This document shows, in pieces, positions 18,875 to 26,530 of a DNA stretch of 64,000 bases. Position 1 is the first letter of the stretch; each line of letters starts with the position of its first letter. The stretch lies in assembly GCA_947450365.1 (NCBI GenBank), contig CANFVE010000001.1, positions 26,538 through 90,537 on the forward strand, written 5' to 3'. The notes below the pieces were generated by a model. That model ran no database searches and was not told the DNA's origin. It was given only the letters and a program-made list of their open reading frames with translations. The translations under genes and the position numbers were made by a program. The stretch comes from Cytophagaceae bacterium (GTDB lineage: Bacteria; Bacteroidota; Bacteroidia; Cytophagales; Spirosomataceae).

Positions 18875-19035
18875 TACGGCCTCCGGACTTTCGCCTCCGG
18901 CCTCCGGACTTTCGCCTCCGGCCTCCGGACTTTCGCCTCTGGCCTTCGGACTTTCGCCTCCGGCCTTCGGACTTTCGCCTCCGGCCTCCAGACTTTCGCC
19001 TCCGGCCTCCAGACTTTCGCCTCCAGCCTCCGGCC
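18875..19035. repeat. Heptamer tandem array (23 x 7 nt, 21-nt period), right flank, inverted relative to the left array
   Basis: plus strand (TCCGGAC TTTCGCC TCCGGCC)n = reverse complement of the GTCCGGA/GGCGAAA/GGCCGGA units. Confidence 0.97.
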
Positions 19036-20255
19036 TAACGACTTGCGGCTCTCGAAGAATACCTAAACGCCGCCAAATAATTCCCCAACACCGTATGAAT
19101 ATTAATCTCATTCTCGATGATTTCTCGGGATTTATCACCCATCGTTTTGATCTTGTCAGGCTCATGAAACAGCCAGGTGATTTTGGCAACCAAATCCTCC
19201 AAAGACCCCGATTCAAAATAATGCCCATTGATTCCCTCTTTGACCAAGCGCTTCTCCGTCCCATCCGCCACCGAACAAATCACCGGCTTTCCAAAACACA
19301 TCGCCTCATTAATCGATAAGCCACCCATGCCGGCCAACACATATATGCCCGCCCCCAAACTTATCTTTCCTAATGCCTCGAGTTCATAAATTCCTCCCGA
19401 AAAATGTATATAATCCTCCGCATCCGCGGCCCGAACCTGCGCTTGCAAGGCCGCCATTTCAGGACCATCGCCCACGATTTCCAGCTCCGTTTTTGGAAAT
19501 TTCTTCTTTAGTTCAATCGCCGCCTGGATGAGTAAATCCACTTGTTTCCATTTGACGAGTCGGCCGACGTGCAACAATCGAAACGGATGATGATCCACCG
19601 TGCCCTCTGTTTCTATCTTCTTTAAAACCCTGAAAATTTCATCCGTATCCGGCGAATTGGCCGTCACAAAAACCTTTTCGGAAGGCACCCCATAACTCGC
19701 ATGTAAGGCTCTTGCCTCATCCAGATAGTTAATGTGCGCATCCACAAGATTTGAAAATATGCGCCGAGTTTCTCGCACGATGGCGAATTTCAATTTGGCC
19801 AATATCGAACTACTTTGCTGATGCGCCTGCTGATTTTCCGTGACACCACCCCCCGCAAGATAATAGTCGATCGCTTCTTCGTAATGGGGCACCTGGAATG
19901 GAATTTCCTTGGAAATCAACGCAATGTTTTGCGATCGTAAAAAGCGATACCAAAATGGATAAAAGACAAACGAAACTTGGTAAGGCCAATTGACCATCAA
20001 AATAGTTGGCTTCTCCTGCAGAATCAATTCCCGCAGCCCTTTGAAGAATTTTTTGCCATAATAGGTGGTGTATTCTTCTTGAAAAAAGACCTTAAATTCG
20101 ATGCCCGACTGGCTTTCAAATACCCCTGCTCCCAACGTCGCCCCATTTCCTTTTGGCGCCACAACACAGACTTCCACCCCAAAATCCTTTTGCAATTTGT
20201 TCAAAACCAAATTGTAATAATGGGGCAAACCACCGGCCAACAACATTATCTTCAT
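19035..20255 (-). CDS. Glycosyltransferase family 4
   Basis: LLHVGRLVKWK, VGDGPE, GMGGLSINEAMCFGKPVI. Confidence 0.9.
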   Translation of the reverse strand: MKIMLLAGGLPHYYNLVLNKLQKDFGVEVCVVAPKGNGATLGAGVFESQSGIEFKVFFQEEYTTYYGKKFFKGLRELILQEKPTILMVNWPYQVSFVFYPFWYRFLRSQNIALISKEIPFQVPHYEEAIDYYLAGGGVTENQQAHQQSSSILAKLKFAIVRETRRIFSNLVDAHINYLDEARALHASYGVPSEKVFVTANSPDTDEIFRVLKKIETEGTVDHHPFRLLHVGRLVKWKQVDLLIQAAIELKKKFPKTELEIVGDGPEMAALQAQVRAADAEDYIHFSGGIYELEALGKISLGAGIYVLAGMGGLSINEAMCFGKPVICSVADGTEKRLVKEGINGHYFESGSLEDLVAKITWLFHEPDKIKTMGDKSREIIENEINIHTVLGNYLAAFRYSSRAASR

Positions 20256-21748
20256 TTTTTCAAATACGTTTTAATCATCTCTTCCAAATCAGGCGATAAA
20301 TGCCATATCCAGCCCGCCCCAACAAACAATATTCCTATCACCATACTCCGAACCCCAATATTCATTCCCCAAGACACCCATTTCGCACCCTCTATCACTG
20401 GAATCCATTGGACAATTACATATATCCCTAAACTTACTAAAACAATCAAGGCTGTCTTCCACTCAAAAGGTTGAAGTCCCATTTTTTTCCAGATAAACAG
20501 AAACTTAATCGTATTGTAAATCGCCAACGCCATTAAGGCCGCCAAGGCTGCACCGTTGTACGAATACATTGGGATAAAAATTAAATTCCCAATCACCACA
20601 CACACGGCCAAGACAATGTAAAAAAACAGATCGTAGCGGTAAAATTTTGAATTAATTAAAATCTCAGAATTCAAGCCCGTACCCATGTCGATGATCTTAC
20701 TAATCCCCACCATGAGCACCACCCATTTCCCGGATTCATAAATTTCATGACGCGGGATGATTTGGTAGATAAAGTCCAAATTACACCAAATCAGCAGAAA
20801 CAAAAAGCAGCCGACCAACAATAAATTCAGGGACGATTTTCGATAAATTTCCTCAATTTGCGATGAATCATTTCGTTTCCAGGCTTGGGCCAACAAAGGC
20901 GTACTAATCGCCGCAATCACATTTCGCGGAATGGCAATCATTAAACCCATGCGGGAATTAATATCAAAAATCGCCGTCGTACCCAATCCCCCCGCATAAG
21001 CCGGAAGCATTAATTTTTCGATATGCTGAATCAGCGTAAAACTCGCACCGGCCAATAAGACCCAGCCACCATACGAACACATTTCTTTAAAAATCGGTTG
21101 TTTCAAAAACGAAAAATCTAACCGCGTGTAAAAGCGTTTCAGCTGTTTGATGTACACCAAAAGCCCAATCACCGCCACGACATACGAAAGCGTGATGCAT
21201 TGAATCAGCTCATGAAAACTCAAATATCCCCATCCAAAACCCAAGATTAATACCGCATTCGAAATCCGTAAATACAATTCCCGAATAATCGCCGGAACTA
21301 CAATCCGCAAATGAACCCGAGCATAGGATTCCAACACCGTCATGTATAAATAACATGCCGTCAAGGGAATAATATAATAAAAATAGGCGGGTAATAAGGG
21401 CGAATTTTCTGAATAAATCCGATCAAAAACTTCATGCAAGGACAAATAACCCAATACAAACAAACTCAAACCGAACAGTGGCGCGAGAAGCAAAAAGCCA
21501 AAAAATCCATTATGCTCTTTTTCCGGATTATCGAAATGCGGAAAAAATCGCACCGCGATGTGCGGGATGCCTAATTGCGTGAAGGAAGCGAAAATCAGGG
21601 GGATACTGACTATGGCACCGGCGATGAGGCCAACTTGCGCTTGAGAAAGAAATTGGTTGTATAAAAAGATGACATTAAAGGTGCCAATCGCCGTACCCAA
21701 ATAGGTGACAAGGGAAGCTTTTGCGCTTTGACGAATGACGATACCCAT
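20252..21748 (-). CDS. Polysaccharide flippase (Wzx/MOP superfamily)
   Basis: about 14 hydrophobic segments, LNLIFIP..SYNGAALA-like C-terminal motif, located in glycan cluster. Confidence 0.85.
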   Translation of the reverse strand: MGIVIRQSAKASLVTYLGTAIGTFNVIFLYNQFLSQAQVGLIAGAIVSIPLIFASFTQLGIPHIAVRFFPHFDNPEKEHNGFFGFLLLAPLFGLSLFVLGYLSLHEVFDRIYSENSPLLPAYFYYIIPLTACYLYMTVLESYARVHLRIVVPAIIRELYLRISNAVLILGFGWGYLSFHELIQCITLSYVVAVIGLLVYIKQLKRFYTRLDFSFLKQPIFKEMCSYGGWVLLAGASFTLIQHIEKLMLPAYAGGLGTTAIFDINSRMGLMIAIPRNVIAAISTPLLAQAWKRNDSSQIEEIYRKSSLNLLLVGCFLFLLIWCNLDFIYQIIPRHEIYESGKWVVLMVGISKIIDMGTGLNSEILINSKFYRYDLFFYIVLAVCVVIGNLIFIPMYSYNGAALAALMALAIYNTIKFLFIWKKMGLQPFEWKTALIVLVSLGIYVIVQWIPVIEGAKWVSWGMNIGVRSMVIGILFVGAGWIWHLSPDLEEMIKTYLKK

Positions 21749-21803
21749 AGATGTGTTCGGTGTATTTTACAAAAATACACAATTGGTCGGCAATGGGATG
21801 GAA

Positions 21804-22904
21804 TTAAAGGAGACTTTTTAGTTTTTGTGCTTGTTGGGCTAGCTCATAATGCGCCAACATATGCCTGCGCGCCGCATTTCCCATTTTTTCCCGCAACACC
21901 CCATCCTCAGCTAAGCGAATCAAGGCCTCACCCATCGCTTGCACATCATGTTCTTTCACCAAAATTCCCGTTTCTCCATCCACCACTGCCTCAGGAATTC
22001 CCGCATGTCGGGTAGATACGATAGGTAGGGCACAGGCGGAAGCCTCTAGAATGGAATTCGGAGTTCCTTCTGAATCGCCGGAAGGAGTTATGACGGAATG
22101 TTGGATGAAGACATCGGCCTGTTGAAGTGCTGAAAGGATGGCCTCGGGACTTTGTTGGCCTCGAAATAAGACTGATTTTTCAAGCCCATGTTCTTGGACA
22201 TATTGTTTCACCTCTTCCCACAATTCTCCATCGCCAATCATCGTGAATTTGGCCTCTGGAAATTTTTGCAAGAGAATTTCAAAGGATTGAATGCTAGCCA
22301 TGGGAGCCTTTTTTGCCGTGAATCGACCGACGGAAATGAGGTTAAAATCTTTCGATGCTATTTTTTCAGTAGAAGGTCTAAATTTTTCGAGGTCTACTCC
22401 GTAGGGCACGACGCGTAAATTCTGAAGGCGTCCGCAAACAGATTCAATGTCTCTTTTCATGACTTGAGACACTACGATGATGGCTTTGGCTTGTTGAGCC
22501 ATACGGATGTAGGATGAGCCATAGGACTCGATCGTCCTTTTCTCACTCGCGTCAAAGCCGTGAAAATGAACGGAAAAGGGAATATTTGTCTCCATGCAAG
22601 CTTGCATGATGTGCGTACCCAAGGGTCCATAATTGGCCAACACTGCCTCGATCTGGTTTTTCTGCAGGTATTTTTTTAGAAAATACGTATAGATTTTTTG
22701 ATAGATTGATGGAACCAAATTCCGCAAGGTGCCTCGAATGGCTAATAGGCTTAGTGGTAAGGGATATAGGGAGCCCCCTCCGAAGAAGCGGGAGGGTTGC
22801 CAACCTTCATACAGCACCGCAAAGGGCTTCAATTGCTTGATCTGCTGATCAATGAATGTTTCAGAATACGAAAAGAAATTCGAGCGGGCGACGAGTAATT
22901 TCAT
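21804..22904 (-). CDS. Glycosyltransferase family 4 (WcaL-like)
   Basis: SETFI, HFHGFDAS, VGRFTAKK, SEGTPNSILEASACALPIVSTRHAGIPEAV. Confidence 0.9.
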   Translation of the reverse strand: MKLLVARSNFFSYSETFIDQQIKQLKPFAVLYEGWQPSRFFGGGSLYPLPLSLLAIRGTLRNLVPSIYQKIYTYFLKKYLQKNQIEAVLANYGPLGTHIMQACMETNIPFSVHFHGFDASEKRTIESYGSSYIRMAQQAKAIIVVSQVMKRDIESVCGRLQNLRVVPYGVDLEKFRPSTEKIASKDFNLISVGRFTAKKAPMASIQSFEILLQKFPEAKFTMIGDGELWEEVKQYVQEHGLEKSVLFRGQQSPEAILSALQQADVFIQHSVITPSGDSEGTPNSILEASACALPIVSTRHAGIPEAVVDGETGILVKEHDVQAMGEALIRLAEDGVLREKMGNAARRHMLAHYELAQQAQKLKSLL

Positions 22905-23603
22905 TTATTTTTTAGCCACCAAGATGAAGGTACATGCATCCTGGTTTCGGGTTTTGGCTAGGGTTATTTTATCGAAAAAGATAATGAGTGGCTGCATGAT
23001 CAGCGCCCAAATAAAACGTAAAGGACGTGGAATTTTGAATAAAATGCCGTCTTGAAAGAGTTGGAGTCCCATAGCGGACCGGCCCAAAATGCCTTCAAAA
23101 TACACCACTTCGAAACCTGCTTCCTTGACGATTTTTTGTAAGCCGGTTGAGGTCCATCGCCAATAATCCGTTGGGTCCGGATGAAACATCCAATATCCAT
23201 GCGTCGAAAGGATTAATTTTCCACCGGGTTGGAGGATTCGATAGGCTTCTTGTAGATATTGCGTAGGATTTTCTACATGTTCGAGCACTTGGGTCGAAAG
23301 GACAAAGCCCACACTTTCCTTGGGCATATCGATTTGTCCTTCGGGATTAATCGTCACATCGGCTTTGGTATTGAGTGCTAAATCGAGGCCGATGTATTGT
23401 TCGACAAAGGGGTCAAATAAGGGTTGGTATGGCTTATTGCCACACCCATAATCCGCGAGTAATTGATGCGGTGCGTTTTTGACGAAAAGGGTGATGACCT
23501 TTTCGAGTTGTCGGCGCAATTCATGTAGATAATAATATCGCGCAGACATGCGCCCCCAGATTTTGGGATAAAGTCGTTCGATTCCTGCTTCTCTGCTTTC
23601 CAT
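22905..23603 (-). CDS. Class I SAM-dependent methyltransferase
   Basis: ADYGCG motif I, STQVLEHV, RILQPGG, HPDPTDYWRWT. Confidence 0.85.
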   Translation of the reverse strand: MESREAGIERLYPKIWGRMSARYYYLHELRRQLEKVITLFVKNAPHQLLADYGCGNKPYQPLFDPFVEQYIGLDLALNTKADVTINPEGQIDMPKESVGFVLSTQVLEHVENPTQYLQEAYRILQPGGKLILSTHGYWMFHPDPTDYWRWTSTGLQKIVKEAGFEVVYFEGILGRSAMGLQLFQDGILFKIPRPLRFIWALIMQPLIIFFDKITLAKTRNQDACTFILVAKK

Positions 23604-23607
23604 GGGT

Positions 23608-24723
23608 TTATTGGCCTGTTATCCGACTGAATTCGATTAATGAGTTTTTGTATTCCAAATATTCTTTGGCCACTTGCGCATATTTTCGTGCTTTGGCCGT
23701 ATCTCCATTTTTTTGAGCAATTCGAATCAATCCTAAATAGGAAAGTCCGCGAATGTCCTTGGTAAATCGTTCTTCCCAAGGGTAGCTTAATGATTTCAAA
23801 TATAAGGATTCTGCAGCATTTAGGTTGTGGTTTTCGAATTCTTCCCGCATGGCCCGAAAGGTCGCGGCACTTCCAATGAAATAAGGGGACTTTGATTTTT
23901 CTAATAGGTCGCAATAAGCCTCAGCCCCTTCGAAATTCCCCGTGAGGCTTAATAATTCGGCGCGCTGCAACACATATAACTGATTATTTGGGTGGGCTTT
24001 GATTAATTCCAAACTAAATGGAAGTGCTTTTGCTGGCGTACCTTCATATTTATTATAAATGTACCCGAGGTAAAATAGGGATTCATTTTTGACAAAAACC
24101 GCTTTTTTAGTTCCTGATTCAAGATAAGAAAGGCCTTGTTTTTTGTTTCCATCTTCGAAAAACCACATGAGGGGTTTAATGATGGGGTGGATTTCGGGAT
24201 ACGAGATGCGGTAATATTTATAAACGCCAGACGCGTAGTAAAATTCGGGTTGGTTTTCCGTGTTTTTTAGCCCGATTTTCATAAATGAATAGGCCTTTTT
24301 TGCATAATTAACCGCCTTGAAAAAATTTTGGTTATCAGCTTCAAACCCGGCTAAAAACCCAAGGGATGCGGTGCAGAAAAAGGCAGCTTCTAGGTCTTGT
24401 TCGTTTTTATTGTATTGGGTCATTGAAAGAGAAAAGGCTTTTTCGAGGAGATGGACGTATTGTTGGCCGATCGCCACATGGTCTTTCAAGGGAAAATACT
24501 GCTGTTCCATTTGCATGGCGGCGAGTAAATATCCCGCGGGATGTTTGGGGTATTTAGCCCGCAAGCTGGCGAATTGCTGACCCGCTTCTTTGAATTCGTA
24601 GGAATACAAATGCTGCAGGCCTGTTGTGATTGAATTTTTGGCTTGGGCATCCTGAAGTAATTGCCCGAAAAACGGATAAGGCAATAAAACTAAAAATAGA
24701 ATCAAAATCCGAGCCATCCACAT
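23608..24723 (-). CDS. Exported TPR-like alpha-helical repeat protein
   Basis: signal peptide; helical repeats (YPKHPAGY, AVNYAKKAY, HPNNQLY); start could be 24717. Confidence 0.6.
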   Translation of the reverse strand: MWMARILILFLVLLPYPFFGQLLQDAQAKNSITTGLQHLYSYEFKEAGQQFASLRAKYPKHPAGYLLAAMQMEQQYFPLKDHVAIGQQYVHLLEKAFSLSMTQYNKNEQDLEAAFFCTASLGFLAGFEADNQNFFKAVNYAKKAYSFMKIGLKNTENQPEFYYASGVYKYYRISYPEIHPIIKPLMWFFEDGNKKQGLSYLESGTKKAVFVKNESLFYLGYIYNKYEGTPAKALPFSLELIKAHPNNQLYVLQRAELLSLTGNFEGAEAYCDLLEKSKSPYFIGSAATFRAMREEFENHNLNAAESLYLKSLSYPWEERFTKDIRGLSYLGLIRIAQKNGDTAKARKYAQVAKEYLEYKNSLIEFSRITGQ

Positions 24724-24735
24724 AAAATTGAATTG

Positions 24736-24743
24736 CAAAAATA
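24736..24743 (-). promoter_or_regulatory. Bacteroidota -7 element (TATTTTTG)
   Basis: TAnnTTTG-C just upstream of the 24723 start. Confidence 0.5.
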
Positions 24744-24810
24744 GGCAAGCGCTGTGGTTTTTGGGTCTAATTTTTTACATTTGTTTAATTCTTTTTTTCA
24801 TTCGCCTTTC

Positions 24811-26046
24811 ATGATTTCATATCAAACATTTACCTTGGCCAATGGCCTCCAAGTGATCGTTCACGAAGATCCGAGCACCACCCTAGCTGTGATGGATGTG
24901 ATTTATGATGTGGGGTCGCGGGATGAGGATCCGGAACGGACGGGATTTGCACATTTGTTTGAGCATTTGATGTTTGGAGGTTCGGCGAATATTCCGAATT
25001 ACGATGCGCCATTGCAACAAGTCGGCGGTGAAAACAATGCCTTCACCACGCCAGATTTAACCAATTATTACATTTCGGTCCCTTATCAAAATATTGAAAC
25101 CGCTTTTTGGTTAGAATCGGATCGCATGATGCAATTGGCCTTTAATGCGCAGTCTTTGGAAGTCCAACGAAAAGTGGTCATCGAAGAATTTAAACAACGC
25201 TATTTAAATCAGCCTTATGGTGATGTGTGGTTGAAATTCCGCCCGTTGATCTACGAAAAACATCCCTATCGCTGGCCGACCATCGGTGCTGAAATCAAGC
25301 ACATCGAAGAGGCGCAGATGGACGATGTCAAAGCCTTTTTTAATCGGTATTATGTGCCCAGCAATGCCATTTTAGTGGTGGCCGGCAAAGTTAGCTTTGA
25401 CCAAGTCAAAGCCTTAACAGAAAAATGGTTTGGGCCGATTCCGGGAGGAGAAAAGCCGCTTCGAAAATTACCTGTGGAGTCGGTTCAGACGGTTGACCGG
25501 CGCATGGAAATCGTAGCCCAAGTGCCTTCTAACCGAATTTATAAAGCTTATCCCGTGGTAGGTAGGTATGCGGATGGTTACCATGCCGTGGATATGTTGG
25601 CCGATTTAATGGGCCGAAATGAGTCTTCTTTTTTGTATGAAAAATTAGTGCAAAATGCACGTGTTTTTGATTCGATTTCGGCTTCCCAAACCGGTTCGAC
25701 GGATCCGGGGTTATTGATTATCTCGGGCCAAGTGGCCGATGGTCAATCAATAGATGCAGCCGAAAAAGCCTTGGATGAGGCGATTGCGCAATTTGTCTCG
25801 CATGAATTTTTGGAGGAGGATTTGAAGCGGGTGAAGAATCAGGGCGAGGCGAGTTTGGTTTTTGGGGAGGTAGAAGTGTTGAATCGCGCGATGAATTTAG
25901 CGATGGCCGCCAATGCGGGCCATGTGAATTATGTGAATGAGGAGGCGGAAAAAATTGGGCAAGTGACGATGGAAGAGGTGAATTTTTGGGCGAAGAAAAT
26001 TTTTGTTGAGGGAAAATCAAATACCTTGTTGTATAAAAAGAGTTAA
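24811..26046 (+). CDS. M16 family (pitrilysin-like) zinc peptidase
   Basis: inverted zinc motif HLFEH, NAFT, VVIEE; start at ATG 24811. Confidence 0.92.
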   Translation: MISYQTFTLANGLQVIVHEDPSTTLAVMDVIYDVGSRDEDPERTGFAHLFEHLMFGGSANIPNYDAPLQQVGGENNAFTTPDLTNYYISVPYQNIETAFWLESDRMMQLAFNAQSLEVQRKVVIEEFKQRYLNQPYGDVWLKFRPLIYEKHPYRWPTIGAEIKHIEEAQMDDVKAFFNRYYVPSNAILVVAGKVSFDQVKALTEKWFGPIPGGEKPLRKLPVESVQTVDRRMEIVAQVPSNRIYKAYPVVGRYADGYHAVDMLADLMGRNESSFLYEKLVQNARVFDSISASQTGSTDPGLLIISGQVADGQSIDAAEKALDEAIAQFVSHEFLEEDLKRVKNQGEASLVFGEVEVLNRAMNLAMAANAGHVNYVNEEAEKIGQVTMEEVNFWAKKIFVEGKSNTLLYKKS

Positions 26047-26047
26047 T

Positions 26048-26530
26048 ATGAACATACGGGTAGGTCAAGGATACGATGTGCATCAATGGGTTTCAGGTCG
26101 TCCCTGTATTTTGGGGGGTATTGAAATTCCGTCAGACAAGGGCCCGATGGGCCACTCGGATGCGGATGTCGTATGTCATGTGCTTTGCGAAGCTTTGTTA
26201 GGTGCTGCGAATATGCGCAATATCGGTTTTCATTTTTCCGACAAGGATCCTCAGTGGAAAGGTGTGGCGAGTACGAAATTACTGGCACGTGTGATGGAGA
26301 TGTTGCGCGAATCAGGCTGGGAATTGGGGAATGCTGACGTGACGGTGGTCTTGGATCAGCCTAAATTAAATGCACACATTCCAGCCATGAAAGAAAATTT
26401 AGCTGAAGTGATGGGGGTCGAGGGGAATCAAATATCGATTAAAGCGACCACATCTGAGGGAATCGGATTTGTTGGCAGAGGCGAAGGTATTTCGGCCATG
26501 GCCGTGGCTTTAATTCAAAAGAATTCATGA
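26048..26530 (+). CDS. ispF: 2-C-methyl-D-erythritol 2,4-cyclodiphosphate synthase
   Basis: RVGQGYDVH, GHSDADV, IKATTSEG. Confidence 0.94.
   Translation: MNIRVGQGYDVHQWVSGRPCILGGIEIPSDKGPMGHSDADVVCHVLCEALLGAANMRNIGFHFSDKDPQWKGVASTKLLARVMEMLRESGWELGNADVTVVLDQPKLNAHIPAMKENLAEVMGVEGNQISIKATTSEGIGFVGRGEGISAMAVALIQKNS

Noticed and set aside
18767-19264. ORFs 18767-19264 (-) and 18832-19038 (+) with (PEAGGES)n and (DFRLRPP)n
   Set aside because: Alternative-frame readings of the right array overlapping real genes; no evidence of independent coding, although translation cannot be excluded without Ribo-seq.
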